Assembly: GCA_964415355.1 (NCBI GenBank)
Contig: CAYPYS010000003.1
Location: 4,156 to 68,155, forward strand
Source: an uncultured Planctomycetia bacterium
GTDB lineage: Bacteria; Omnitrophota; Gorgyraeia; Gorgyraeales; Gorgyraeaceae
DNA: 64,000 bases
Direction of reading: 5' to 3'
In this document: one piece after another, positions 1 to 9,857 of the stretch
How the letters are laid out: each line of letters begins with the position of its first letter
Position numbering within the stretch: the first letter of the stretch is position 1
Notes under the pieces: generated by a model
What the model was told of the DNA's origin: nothing
What the model saw: only the letters and a program-made list of their open reading frames with translations
Databases searched by the model: none
Position numbers and translations under genes: made by a program

Positions 1-1262
1 CAGGCGTCTTTTACTCTTGTCATTTCTACTGAGGCCTTTGTGCCAGGTGCGGATTTAGGTTTAGCAGCAGGCATGGGTCGCGCTGTTTGCTGCACTGGCC
101 TGTGCGCGGTTTGTTGTGGGCTTGATTTTGTGATCTCTGGCAATTTTGAGATTATCTCTTCTATCGAAGAAATAGAATCTCTCGACGTCAATCTCACCAT
201 ACAAAGCTCAAGGACAATCCTCTCAGGCAAAAGCTGTTTTATGAGCCTTAGGCTGTTCGAGATCACATTTATTACGTAAAATATATCTCCCTGGGAAAGT
301 GCAGCAGACTGTTTTCTTACCTGCTCTATTGCCTCTTTAGGCAGGTCTATCAGATCATCTCCTGAAATTCCGACCTTCGCGATCATGATGTTTCTGAAAT
401 GCTCCAAAAGCTCAAAAAGAAACTGCTTCGCGTCCTTTCCGGAATCCAATATCCCGCCTACCAGCTGAATGGCCCCTTTTGTATCCTTGTTTATTATTAT
501 GTCGGCTGCGTGAAAAAGGGTATCCTGCTCTATCAGGCCGAGGGATTCAACCACGTCCTGCAGTTTTATTTTACCCTTGGAAAAAGAAGAGACCTGGTCG
601 AGGACGCTCTCTGCGTCACGCATGCTGCCGCTGGCTGCCTTTGCGATATATAAAAATACGTTTTCTTCGATATTTAATTTCTCTTTCTTGGCGATTTCGC
701 TGAGCTTCGCAATGATCTCTTTATTAGGTATGCGCCTGAAATCGAATCTCTGACAGCGTGAAAGTATGGTCGCAGGAAGCTTGTGCGGCTCAGTGGTCGC
801 GAATATAAACTTTACGTGCGCCGGCGGCTCTTCCAGGGTCTTCAGAAGCGCGTTAAAGGCCTCTGTGGTGAGCATGTGCACTTCGTCTATTATGTAGATC
901 TTGAAGCGGCCCCTGGACGGGGAAAACTTTACTGCCTCGCGCAGGTTACGGATTTCGTCTATGCCGCGGTTCGAAGCGCCGTCGATTTCCATCACGTCCA
1001 TGCTCGAAGAATTATTTATCTCCTGGCACGAAGCGCATTTATTGCACGACGTCGGAGTTGGCCCTTTTTCGCAATTCAAGGCCTTGCTTAATATGCGCGC
1101 GGTGGAGGTCTTCCCTATGCCTCGCGGCCCTGTAAACAGGTAGGCGTGATGCACGCGTTCCATTGAAATCGCGTTCTTGAGCGTGGTCGTAATATGTTCC
1201 TGGCCAATCACGTCGTCAAAATTCTGCGGTCGCCACTTACGGGCAAACGGTAAATACGTCAT
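1..1262 (-). CDS. dnaX: DNA polymerase III subunit gamma/tau (3' end runs off the window)
   Basis: Not in the ORF track. The minus strand from the ATG at 1262 reads MTYLPFARKWRPQNFDDVIGQEH..., with Walker A GPRGIGKT, a Zn motif, IDEVHML and SRCQRFDF. Confidence 0.95.
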   Translation of the reverse strand, partial: MTYLPFARKWRPQNFDDVIGQEHITTTLKNAISMERVHHAYLFTGPRGIGKTSTARILSKALNCEKGPTPTSCNKCASCQEINNSSSMDVMEIDGASNRGIDEIRNLREAVKFSPSRGRFKIYIIDEVHMLTTEAFNALLKTLEEPPAHVKFIFATTEPHKLPATILSRCQRFDFRRIPNKEIIAKLSEIAKKEKLNIEENVFLYIAKAASGSMRDAESVLDQVSSFSKGKIKLQDVVESLGLIEQDTLFHAADIIINKDTKGAIQLVGGILDSGKDAKQFLFELLEHFRNIMIAKVGISGDDLIDLPKEAIEQVRKQSAALSQGDIFYVINVISNSLRLIKQLLPERIVLELCMVRLTSRDSISSIEEIISKLPEITKSSPQQTAHRPVQQTARPMPAAKPKSAPGTKASVEMTRVKDA

Positions 1263-1272
1263 CTCTATCCCT

Positions 1273-1309
1273 TAACTTTATATTTCAACAACGTTAAAGT
1301 GTAAACTTA
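1273..1309. repeat. 37-bp palindromic repeat, copy 1
   Basis: taactttatatttcaacaacgttaaagtgtaaactta, 1 nt beyond the CCA end of tRNA-Ser. Confidence 0.9.
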
Positions 1310-1310
1310 C

Positions 1311-1406
1311 TGGCGGAGAGGGAGGGATTTGAACCCTCGGTACGGACTTTCATCCGTACAACGGTTTAGCAAACCGCCGCATTAAGCCGGACTATGCAAC
1401 CTCTCC
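1311..1406 (-). tRNA. tRNA-Ser(GCT)
   Basis: Reverse complement GGAGAGG...GCGGT-TT-GCT-AA-ACCGT, long variable arm, GGTTCAAATCC, ends CCTCTCCGCCA. Confidence 0.95.
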
Positions 1407-1852
1407 CGCTTCTTTCTAAAAAATCCCTTTAATAAAGCAGCTGCCTCGTGCTCTAAGATTCCTTTTCTGACTTCTATTCTATGATTCAATTTCTTGTGAT
1501 TGACCAGATTTGTGACTGAACCACAGGCGCCGCTCTTGGGGTCATCTGCAGCGTAAAAAAGCTCTTTTATGCGCGCTAAAACCATTGCGCCAGAACACAT
1601 GCTGCAAGGTTCAATTGTAACATACATGACACAATCTATCAATCTTTCATTTTGAAGTTGACTGGCTGCTTGGGTAATAGCTATCATCTCTGCATGAGCA
1701 GTCGGATCTTTTAGCATCTTTATCTGGTTATGCGCACGGCCTATTATAGTACCTTTATGCACTATAACCGCTCCCACAGGCACCTCGTTTCTATCAAAGG
1801 CCTTTCTTGCCTCCAACAACGCCTGTTTCATATAAAATTCATGATTTTTCAT
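1382..1852 (-). CDS. tadA: tRNA adenosine(34) deaminase
   Basis: EVPVGAV, HAE and EPCSMC motifs. Confidence 0.93.
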   Translation of the reverse strand: MKNHEFYMKQALLEARKAFDRNEVPVGAVIVHKGTIIGRAHNQIKMLKDPTAHAEMIAITQAASQLQNERLIDCVMYVTIEPCSMCSGAMVLARIKELFYAADDPKSGACGSVTNLVNHKKLNHRIEVRKGILEHEAAALLKGFFRKKRERLHSPA

Positions 1853-3641
1853 CCAAGACCACCTTTATCATACCACGCACTGAATTCATCATAAAGACCT
1901 CATCAGCGCTCAGGACATCCTCTCTGCGCAATACCTTTTCTTTTACAGGAATTCCTCCGGATTCGAGAAGATGCCTGCGAAATACCCCATTCAAAAGCCC
2001 GCAATGCACAGGAGGCGTGTAATAAATACTGCCTTTTTTAATCAAGATATTGGATATGGCTCCTTCCGTAACCTCTCCTTTTTTATTTGTAAAAATAATA
2101 TCAAAATATCCTTTCCTCCTCCACTTCTTATGCTCCTCATCATATAGATCTCTATTTGTGGTCTTGTGATATAAAAAGACGTTGTTATTTTGTATCTTTT
2201 TTTCAGAAAATCTGGCCCTTGTTATTTCTGCGCGGCCGTTTATCTTTGCAAAACTCGGCTGCATCCTTCCACTGCCGTCAAAAAGAAGTCTCACCCTATA
2301 ATCGAAACCTCTGTCGAACCTCTTTTCCAAGTCCCCCAGCTCTTCCAGAATACCTTTTTTGTCATATCGGACGCTAAAGTATTCTGCCGACGACAAAAGC
2401 CTGTCCAGATGTGTGTTTAAAAGAAAATACCCTTTTCCGGAACGCCACAACATCGTCTCTATAAATTTAAAATCGTTTTTTTTCTTTATTATAAAATCCG
2501 CTTTTAGTTTACACTCATCAAACTCTTTATGCGGGTCTGAATCATATACTATACCGCTGCCGATTCCTATTTCTCCTGCATTGTTCTTTCTGTCTATCAG
2601 GACCGTCCTTATCGCTACGTTAAAAACACTGTCGCCATCCGGTGCAAAAAAACCAATGCCACCCGTATATACACGCCTGGGTTCTTTCTCGAGACAATTT
2701 ATGATCTTCATGGTGCTTATCTTTGGCGCACCCGTAACAGAACCCGACGGAAAAATCGCTTTTAATAGGCTATAAATACTAACGCGTTTTTTAAGGATCG
2801 CTTTGACAATGGATATCATCTGGAATAAGGTCTCGTATCTTTCTACTTCAAAAAGTTTTTTGGTAGATACTGTGCCTGGCTTTGAGATCCTTCCAAGGTC
2901 ATTCCTCAATAGATCGACTATCATCAGGTTCTCGCTTCTATTTTTAAGGCTATGACCAAGCTCTTCGATATGCTCCCTGTCTTCACCAAGATCCTTTCCT
3001 CTGTCAATGGTACCCTTCATAGGCTTTACTTCAATGCGGTCTTTATGCTTCCTGAAAAATAACTCAGGCGAGAGCGAGGCTATTGAAAATCTATCGGTAC
3101 TTATAAAACTTGAGTAAGAAACGCTTTGTTTTTTCTTAAGCTCTTCGTAAAGGCTGTGCGCAGAACCCTTAAAATCAAATTTATATTTAAAGGTGTAATT
3201 TACCTGGTAGGTCTCTCCTCTCCGTATAAAATCCTTTATCTTTTCTATGTCGCTGATATATTTTTTCTTGGATATATTCGGCCTGAGGTTTTTTATAGAG
3301 TAAGGAGAATCTTTATGTCGCAGTAAAGTCATTTTTTCTTTATGCTCGATTATTTCCGGCTTTTTGTATATGCCGAACCATAACAATGGGAAGCCGGGAT
3401 CTGCTCTAAGCTCCTTTAAGTTCTCCTCAAAGCTAAACCCTGCCTCATAAGAAATAAATCCTGCGGCGTAATAGCCTTTCAGTATATAATCCTCGATCTC
3501 ACAAAGAGTGTTTTTTACGTCGGAAAGCTTATCACAAGAAATAATCTTGGCGGGGTTCGAAAAAAGAAAGGACCTGTGGTTATCTTTATCGAATCTATTG
3601 GTCTCAAGGAGGACAAAATTCTTTTTAGGCAAGGTGGGCAT
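1839..3641 (-). CDS. pabB: Aminodeoxychorismate synthase component I fused to a class IV aminotransferase / ADC lyase domain
   Basis: SPELFF, PMKGT, ENLMIVDLLRNDLG and FPSGSVTGAPK, then a C-terminal PabC-like domain (HKTT, TEG, GLLNG). Confidence 0.9.
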   Translation of the reverse strand: MPTLPKKNFVLLETNRFDKDNHRSFLFSNPAKIISCDKLSDVKNTLCEIEDYILKGYYAAGFISYEAGFSFEENLKELRADPGFPLLWFGIYKKPEIIEHKEKMTLLRHKDSPYSIKNLRPNISKKKYISDIEKIKDFIRRGETYQVNYTFKYKFDFKGSAHSLYEELKKKQSVSYSSFISTDRFSIASLSPELFFRKHKDRIEVKPMKGTIDRGKDLGEDREHIEELGHSLKNRSENLMIVDLLRNDLGRISKPGTVSTKKLFEVERYETLFQMISIVKAILKKRVSIYSLLKAIFPSGSVTGAPKISTMKIINCLEKEPRRVYTGGIGFFAPDGDSVFNVAIRTVLIDRKNNAGEIGIGSGIVYDSDPHKEFDECKLKADFIIKKKNDFKFIETMLWRSGKGYFLLNTHLDRLLSSAEYFSVRYDKKGILEELGDLEKRFDRGFDYRVRLLFDGSGRMQPSFAKINGRAEITRARFSEKKIQNNNVFLYHKTTNRDLYDEEHKKWRRKGYFDIIFTNKKGEVTEGAISNILIKKGSIYYTPPVHCGLLNGVFRRHLLESGGIPVKEKVLRREDVLSADEVFMMNSVRGMIKVVLDEKS

Positions 3642-3648
3642 TGAAAAC

Positions 3649-3722
3649 TGGCTGGAGGAGATGGATTCGAACCATCACAACAGGTTCCAGAGACCTGCGT
3701 CCTACCATTAGACGATCCTCCA
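3649..3722 (-). tRNA. tRNA-Gln(CTG)
   Basis: Reverse complement TGGAGGATCGTCTAATGGTAGGACG-CAGGT-CT-CTG-GA-ACCTG...GGTTCGAATCC...CCTCCAGCCA. Confidence 0.95.
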
Positions 3723-3739
3723 TTGGTCTTTTTAAAGCT

Positions 3740-3776
3740 TAACTTTACATTTCAACAACGTTAAAGTGTAAAGTTA
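3740..3776. repeat. 37-bp palindromic repeat, copy 2
   Basis: taactttacatttcaacaacgttaaagtgtaaagtta (consensus form), 3 nt past the PilZ stop. Confidence 0.95.
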
Positions 3777-3779
3777 AGT

Positions 3780-4121
3780 CTATTGCATCTCGTTTTCGAT
3801 GTACATTTTCAGGCGTTTTTGGTCGCGCGGCTCAATATAGGTAAACGCAACACCTGCTTCAAAGGACTTTGCGTGTTCCGCGCCTACTCTTTTTATCCAG
3901 ACGACTTCGCCTCTTCCGAAGATAGGCATCGTATCAGAAGGAAAATATATCTGCACCTCGAGGATCGTGCCTTTTACAAGCCTTTCGTAGACATTAAAGC
4001 TCACGCCGCCTTCGCTTATATCCTTGCCGACTATCTGGTCACCTGTATGCGGCTCTTCCAGAGTCTTGTAACGAATTATTATAGGCCAAGCGATCCTTAC
4101 AAATTTTCTCTTCTCTTCCAT
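3780..4121 (-). CDS. PilZ domain c-di-GMP-binding protein
   Basis: RxxxR (KRKFVR) and DISEGG motifs. Confidence 0.85.
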   Translation of the reverse strand: MEEKRKFVRIAWPIIIRYKTLEEPHTGDQIVGKDISEGGVSFNVYERLVKGTILEVQIYFPSDTMPIFGRGEVVWIKRVGAEHAKSFEAGVAFTYIEPRDQKRLKMYIENEMQ

Positions 4122-5389
4122 TCTTCTATGACCCTTTTCAACCTTTTGAGAGTCTTTTCTTTCCCCAAAAGGGCAAGCACATCAAATATACCGGCAGACA
4201 CGCTTTTTCCCGTGACGGCGACCCTTAAAGGATGTATCAAGTCTCCGCCCTTTAAATCCGACTCCTTTATAAAAGCCCGCGCCTCAGTCTCTATGTTAGC
4301 CGGTGTAAAATCCTCTATTTTTTCAAGACGGGCTTTTACTAATTTTAGTATACCTAAAACTTCGTCATTTTTCAAAAACTTCTGCACTGCTTCTTTATCG
4401 TAAGATACTTCCTCTGAAGTAAATACGCCGAGCTCCTGTTTAAATTCTACCAGGGTTTTCACTCTGGGATGATAAAGTGCGGTGAATTTTTTAAACCATT
4501 CCGCTTCATAGTCTCCTTTTACGAACGCTGCGGCTATCTCTATAAACCTTTCCAGGTCCAATTTCCTTATGTGCTCGCCATTGAGCCAACGGAGTTTATC
4601 CTCGTTAAACTCTGCGCCGCGCTTATTTATGCGTTTCAGCGTGAATTTTTTTATAATATATTCTAATTCCATGAATTCCCTGTCATCGCCTGGCGCCCAA
4701 CCTAGTAGTGACAGATAATTCACCATTGCCCCGGGAAGATAGCCTTTCTCTTTATACTCTGATATCGAAGTCGCACCAAATCTCTTCGACAGGCGTGATT
4801 TGTCCGGCGCCAGTATCAATGGTATGTGCGCGAATTTAGGCGGCCTTACCTCAAGCGCCCTGTACAGCGCGACTTGCTTGTTTGTATTCGAGATATGATC
4901 GTCACCCCTTATGACATGAGTAACCTTCATATCGATGTCGTCGACAACGCACGCGAAATTATAGGCAGGGCTCTTATCAGACTTGATCAATACCAACTCG
5001 CCCACCAGCGCATTGTCCACTTCTATATCGCCATGGACAATATCGTTAAACCTTACTTTTTCCGCAGGGACTTTGAATATAACAGCTTCTCCGTCTTTGT
5101 ACGCCAGTCCCTTTTCAAGGAATTTTTCAGCGTAGGACAAATAGAGATCGCGACGCTCGCTCTGAAAATACGGCCCTTCATCCCAGTTCATGCCCAGCCA
5201 CTTTAGGCTCGAGAGTATCTCTTCCAGATAGACTCCGCTCGAACGATTTTTATCCGTGTCTTCTATCCTCAATATAAATGTACCTGATTGCGTCTTTGCG
5301 TAAAGCCAGTTAAAAAGCGCTGTCCTCGCACTGCCTATATGCAGGTTCCCGGTAGGGCTAGGCGCAAATCTAACGCGAACAGTACTCAT
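4097..5389 (-). CDS. gltX: Glutamate--tRNA ligase
   Basis: RFAPSPTG-HIG, LRIEDTD, HVIRGDDH and LSKR motifs. Confidence 0.95.
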   Translation of the reverse strand: MSTVRVRFAPSPTGNLHIGSARTALFNWLYAKTQSGTFILRIEDTDKNRSSGVYLEEILSSLKWLGMNWDEGPYFQSERRDLYLSYAEKFLEKGLAYKDGEAVIFKVPAEKVRFNDIVHGDIEVDNALVGELVLIKSDKSPAYNFACVVDDIDMKVTHVIRGDDHISNTNKQVALYRALEVRPPKFAHIPLILAPDKSRLSKRFGATSISEYKEKGYLPGAMVNYLSLLGWAPGDDREFMELEYIIKKFTLKRINKRGAEFNEDKLRWLNGEHIRKLDLERFIEIAAAFVKGDYEAEWFKKFTALYHPRVKTLVEFKQELGVFTSEEVSYDKEAVQKFLKNDEVLGILKLVKARLEKIEDFTPANIETEARAFIKESDLKGGDLIHPLRVAVTGKSVSAGIFDVLALLGKEKTLKRLKRVIEEWKRRENL

Positions 5390-5912
5390 AGCCTCTCCTT
5401 ACGGCATCTTGATTTATGCGTATCATGTTTTTGCGTTTTTTCGGTATCATATACGTAAGTGAATCTATCAAAGACTCTATAGGCACGATATCACGTTTAG
5501 CCAAAAGGGCACCCAGGATAACCATGTTGCTGACGCGCGCATTGCCCAGGCTAAAAGCCATCTCTGTCGCAGGAATCTTTAAAATATCTATATCAGTCCT
5601 CTTGGCGTCGACGTCTATCAATGATTTATTTATGATCAATATGCCCTTGGGCTTGACCTTTGGCTCGAATTTTTTGAGAGACGGCCTGTTCATTACCACG
5701 CATATACTAGGCTCTTTTACGACAGGAGAAGCAACCGCGTCATCTGATATGACGACCATGGAATGCGCCGTGCCTCCCCTTACTTCAGCGCCGTACGAAG
5801 GCATCCACGTAACAAATTTCCCGTTATTCATAGCCACATGCGACAGGAGTTTTCCCATAAACATTATGCCCTGTCCGCCAAATCCCGCAAAAATCAATTC
5901 TTCCCGCATCAC
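5370..5912 (-). CDS. 2-oxoacid:ferredoxin oxidoreductase gamma subunit
   Basis: AGFGGQG and PSYGAEVRGG motifs. Confidence 0.9.
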   Translation of the reverse strand: MMREELIFAGFGGQGIMFMGKLLSHVAMNNGKFVTWMPSYGAEVRGGTAHSMVVISDDAVASPVVKEPSICVVMNRPSLKKFEPKVKPKGILIINKSLIDVDAKRTDIDILKIPATEMAFSLGNARVSNMVILGALLAKRDIVPIESLIDSLTYMIPKKRKNMIRINQDAVRRGYEYCSR

Positions 5913-6646
5913 TCTGCCTTTTTAAAAACGCCCAATGGGTATTCCTTTGTCATGACCTCGGCCATCCACTTTATGTTATCTTCTGGCGAAAGCCCTAAAT
6001 AAGTGGGACAAGGAGAAAGCACTTCAACAAGAGAAAAACCCAAACCATTTATTTGATTCTCGAATACTTTTTTTATAGCATTTTTCGCCTTTAAGATATT
6101 TGCCGGGGCATGCACTGAAACCCTTTCGATATAAGAAGTGCCCGGCAAAACAGACAAGAGCTCGCAGACCTTAAGAGGAAAACCGTCTCTTTTCTGCTCC
6201 CTGCCGCTAGGGGTAGTGCTTGTCTTTTGATTCAATATCGTCGTCGGAGCCATCTGGCCGCCTGTCATACCGTAAACAGAGTTATTGACGAATATGATAG
6301 TAATATTTTCTCCCCTGTTCGCCGCGTGGATTATCTCAGCAGTGCCGATTGCCGCCAGGTCACCGTCACCCTGATATCCAAATACAATATTCTCTGGACT
6401 CGCCCTTTTTATGCCCGTAGCCACTGCCGGCACCCTGCCATGCGCAGCCTCTGTCACGTCAAAATCCCAGTAGTCATATGCTATCACCGCACACCCCACA
6501 GGAGCTATACCTATGACCTTCTCTCTTATCGCCAACTCATCTATCGTCTCGCAGATAAGCCTGTGTACTATACCATGGCCGCATCCCGCGCAATAGTGGG
6601 TATAAACGTCTCTTAAGCTTTCGGGTCTTTCAAATATTTTATTCAT
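5909..6646 (-). CDS. 2-oxoacid (ketoisovalerate-type):ferredoxin oxidoreductase beta subunit, TPP-binding
   Basis: YCAGCGHG, GDGD...NN and YGMTGGQ motifs. Start reset to the ATG at 6646, which forms an ATGA overlap with the alpha subunit. Confidence 0.9.
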   Translation of the reverse strand: MNKIFERPESLRDVYTHYCAGCGHGIVHRLICETIDELAIREKVIGIAPVGCAVIAYDYWDFDVTEAAHGRVPAVATGIKRASPENIVFGYQGDGDLAAIGTAEIIHAANRGENITIIFVNNSVYGMTGGQMAPTTILNQKTSTTPSGREQKRDGFPLKVCELLSVLPGTSYIERVSVHAPANILKAKNAIKKVFENQINGLGFSLVEVLSPCPTYLGLSPEDNIKWMAEVMTKEYPLGVFKKAE

Positions 6647-7698
6647 CGTAAAGACTCTAAGTATCTTATTATTTCTTCTTCTGTAGGCACGCCGCCGCCT
6701 GTACGACCATAAAAATGAACCGGCTTCTTGCAATCTATAGCTAACCTCACGTCATCTATTAATTGGCCACAGCTCATCTCTGCCACTAAAAATTTATCAA
6801 CGCGTTTTGCCAATTTCTTTAACTCTTTTTCCGGAAACGGCCACAGGCTTATTGGCCTGAAAAGTCCTATCTTTTTACCTTCTGCTCTAAATTTTTCTAC
6901 AATATTTCTGCAGATCCTGCTTGTCGTGCCATAAGCTACCAGCATGGTTTCGCTATCATCTCCGTATAAAACTTCGTAACGCACCTCTTTTTCCTTGATC
7001 TCTTCATATCTTTTTTGAAGCTTTTGGTTTAACCTCTCCAATTCCCCTTCTCCAAGCAGAAGCGACCTGATAATCCTCGGCTTTCTGCCTTTACAACCAT
7101 TGAGTATCCAATTCTTTCCGGATTTCAGTTTTAGGATTTCAGCTTTTGGCTGTAACTCCACCGGCTCCATCATCTGCCCTAAAATTCCATCACCCAGAAT
7201 CATTGCAGGCATCCTGTATTTATCTGCCAGATCAAAAGACAGCGCGGTCAAATCCACTATTTCCTGCAGTGACGCCGGCGCCAGGACTATTTGGCGATAA
7301 TCGCCGTGACCGCCGCCTCTTGTAGCTTGAAAATAATCGCTCTGACTCGGAGCTATATTTCCAAGCCCGGGCCCGCCCCTCATTATATTCACTATTACAG
7401 CGGGAAGTTCGCAACCAGCCAGATACGATATTCCTTCCTGCTTGAGACTTACACCTGGACTCGAAGAAGAAGTCATAGCCCTGATACCTGTCAAAGAGGC
7501 ACCAAAAACCATATTTATAGCAGAAATTTCGCTTTCCGCCTGGATAAAAACTCCGCCTACCTCTGGCATACGGCGCGACATATAGGCTGGGATTTCGTTC
7601 TGCGGAGTAATAGGATACCCGGCGTAAAATCTGCAGCCTGCCATTATCGCAGCTTCTGCTAAAACCTCATTACCTGACATAAGGACTTTTTTCGCCAT
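6643..7698 (-). CDS. 2-oxoacid:ferredoxin oxidoreductase alpha subunit (VorB-type)
   Basis: YPITPQ, QAESE, TSSSSPG and RGGPGLG motifs. Confidence 0.9.
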   Translation of the reverse strand: MAKKVLMSGNEVLAEAAIMAGCRFYAGYPITPQNEIPAYMSRRMPEVGGVFIQAESEISAINMVFGASLTGIRAMTSSSSPGVSLKQEGISYLAGCELPAVIVNIMRGGPGLGNIAPSQSDYFQATRGGGHGDYRQIVLAPASLQEIVDLTALSFDLADKYRMPAMILGDGILGQMMEPVELQPKAEILKLKSGKNWILNGCKGRKPRIIRSLLLGEGELERLNQKLQKRYEEIKEKEVRYEVLYGDDSETMLVAYGTTSRICRNIVEKFRAEGKKIGLFRPISLWPFPEKELKKLAKRVDKFLVAEMSCGQLIDDVRLAIDCKKPVHFYGRTGGGVPTEEEIIRYLESLR

Positions 7699-7700
7699 AG

Positions 7701-7907
7701 CTATTTATACACTTTTATGCAGACTTCGGGACAGATGATCGCGCAAAAAGAACACCCTGTGCATTTACCCTTACCCTCTGCAAACTTTACAGGGTGTATG
7801 CCTTTTTTATTTATAACAGGGTCTTGTTCAATGCATACCTTTTTGCAATATAGGATACACAGCCCGCAACCCTTACATTTTTCCTTATCGATTTCTATCT
7901 TCGCCAT
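7701..7907 (-). CDS. 2x[4Fe-4S] ferredoxin, delta subunit
   Basis: CKGCGLC...C and CTGCSFCAIICP motifs. Confidence 0.9.
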   Translation of the reverse strand: MAKIEIDKEKCKGCGLCILYCKKVCIEQDPVINKKGIHPVKFAEGKGKCTGCSFCAIICPEVCIKVYK

Positions 7908-7922
7908 TTAAACATATCTCCC

Positions 7923-7959
7923 TAACTTTACACTTTAACGTTGTTGAAATGTAAAGTTA
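7923..7959. repeat. 37-bp palindromic repeat, copy 3 (reverse orientation), encoding the dxs C-terminus
   Basis: taactttacactttaacgttgttgaaatgtaaagtta; reads TLHFNNVKV* in the dxs frame. Confidence 0.95.
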
Positions 7960-9847
7960 CGGTTTGTTTTATCTTCTGAGGAGAAAGGCCGTATCTGTCT
8001 AATAAAATATCCCTGTCACCGTGCTCGATAAACTTATCAGGAAGCCCGAGCATCTTAACTCTGGTTTCCTTAGGGATTTTATCGATTATCTCTTCTAAGA
8101 CGTATGCCCCGAATCCTCCCTTAAGTGCACCCTCTTCTATTGTAATCAATTTTTTAGTCTTTGATACGGATTTTAATATTAAATCCAGATCCAAAGGTTT
8201 AATGAACCTCGCGTTTATGACTTCGCAGTCTATGCCTTCAGTCAAAAGAGACGAGGCTACGTCCATTGAAACATGAGACATATAACCTATGCTTACTATA
8301 GTAACATCTTTGCCCTCTTTTAGCACCTCTGATTTTCCTAAAATAATAGGCGTTTTTGTCACGGCTGAAGGAAAATTATAACTTTTACCTCGAGGATATC
8401 TTATGGCAATAGGGCCTTCATTATAAGAAATTGCGAATCTAAGCATGTCTTTTAATTCTGCTTCATCCTTTGGCGCCAGCACCACTATGCCGGGCAGGCT
8501 TATTAGATATGCGATGTCAAACGCGCCGTGATGAGTAGGCCCGTCTTCACCCACGAGGCCAGCCCTGTCAAGCATGAATACTATATTAAGATCCTGTAAA
8601 CACGCGTCGTGTGCTATCTGGTCATAGGCGCGCTGCAGAAAGGTAGAATAAATCGCCACGACCGGTTTCAGGCCTGCCCTCGCTAGACCTGCCGCAAAGC
8701 CCACTGCGTGCTGCTCTGCCATGCCAACATCAAAGAATCTATCCGGAAAGATCTTCGCAAATCTATCGAGGCCCGTGCCTTCTGGCATTGCAGCTGTTAT
8801 GGCAATGACCCTTTTATCTGTCTTTGCGATTTCGATAATCTCTTCGCCGAATACGCTTGTGAAACTAATTTCTGGAGACACAGTCGATGTAACCTGTCCT
8901 TTTTCTTTTTTGGCACATACCTTTTCTCCGGTCGACACGTCAAATGAACTCACGCCGTGGAATTTTTCAGGTATCTTTTCGGCATACTCATAGCCTTTGC
9001 CTTTCTTGGTAACTACATGCAAAAGTACAGGCGCATCCATGTCTACGATGTTTTTCAAAGTGCCGACCAGGGTCTTTATATCATGACCGTCGACAGGCCC
9101 GAAATACCTGAATCCCATTTCCTCAAAAAGCATGCCCGGCACCAGAAGATTCTTAAGTCCTTCTTCCAGGCGCCTAGCGGATCTTATGACCCTGAACCCA
9201 AAACGCGGGACTCGTTTCAGAAGGCCCTCTATGTCGCTTCTTATTTTATTGTAAACCGGCGCGGTCATGATGCTGTTTAGATATCTACTCAGCGCGCCAA
9301 CGCTTTTTGAGATGCTCATCTCGTTGTCGTTGAGAATAACCAATATCTTTTTTCGCAAGTGGCCTCCGTGATTGAGCGCCTCGAAAGCCATGCCCCCTCC
9401 CAATGAAGCATCCCCTATAACCGCGACCACCTTATATGCCTTTTCTTCTAAATCGCGCGCCGCTACCATGCCCAGCGCAGTAGAAATAGAGGTCGAACCA
9501 TGCCCTGTCGTAAAAACATCATATTCGCTTTCATTTTTATTCGGAAAACCACTTATGCCGTCGAGTTTACGCAAGGTATTGAATCTATCTTTCCTGCCGG
9601 TTAACAGTTTATGCGCATATGCCTGGTGGCCGACGTCCCAGATAATCTTATCCTCGGGCGCGTTCAAGCAATAGTGAATCGCTACTATCAGCTCAACCGC
9701 TCCCAGGCTGGACGCCAGATGCCCGCCGGAACAAGACACTGTATCAATGATAGCGCATCTTATTTCATGCGCCAAAAGCGTAAGCTCATCAATGCTGAAT
9801 TTTTTTAAATCCGACAGCCTGGTTATCCTATCTAATAATATACCCAT
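7928..9847 (-). CDS. dxs: 1-deoxy-D-xylulose-5-phosphate synthase
   Basis: GGHLASSLG, WDVGHQ, GDASL...NDN and DRAGLVGEDGPTH motifs. Confidence 0.96.
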   Translation of the reverse strand: MGILLDRITRLSDLKKFSIDELTLLAHEIRCAIIDTVSCSGGHLASSLGAVELIVAIHYCLNAPEDKIIWDVGHQAYAHKLLTGRKDRFNTLRKLDGISGFPNKNESEYDVFTTGHGSTSISTALGMVAARDLEEKAYKVVAVIGDASLGGGMAFEALNHGGHLRKKILVILNDNEMSISKSVGALSRYLNSIMTAPVYNKIRSDIEGLLKRVPRFGFRVIRSARRLEEGLKNLLVPGMLFEEMGFRYFGPVDGHDIKTLVGTLKNIVDMDAPVLLHVVTKKGKGYEYAEKIPEKFHGVSSFDVSTGEKVCAKKEKGQVTSTVSPEISFTSVFGEEIIEIAKTDKRVIAITAAMPEGTGLDRFAKIFPDRFFDVGMAEQHAVGFAAGLARAGLKPVVAIYSTFLQRAYDQIAHDACLQDLNIVFMLDRAGLVGEDGPTHHGAFDIAYLISLPGIVVLAPKDEAELKDMLRFAISYNEGPIAIRYPRGKSYNFPSAVTKTPIILGKSEVLKEGKDVTIVSIGYMSHVSMDVASSLLTEGIDCEVINARFIKPLDLDLILKSVSKTKKLITIEEGALKGGFGAYVLEEIIDKIPKETRVKMLGLPDKFIEHGDRDILLDRYGLSPQKIKQTVTLHFNNVKV

Positions 9848-9857
9848 ATCCTAAATA

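Noticed and set aside
40-1143. + strand ORFs at the window start, and the many other antisense ORFs in the track
   Set aside because: They are shadows of dnaX and other well-supported genes on the opposite strand, with no motifs.
8870-8905. Short insertion-like segment in dxs (KGQVTSTVSPE)
   Set aside because: It may be another repeat-derived insert, but there is no second copy or clear periodicity in the window.
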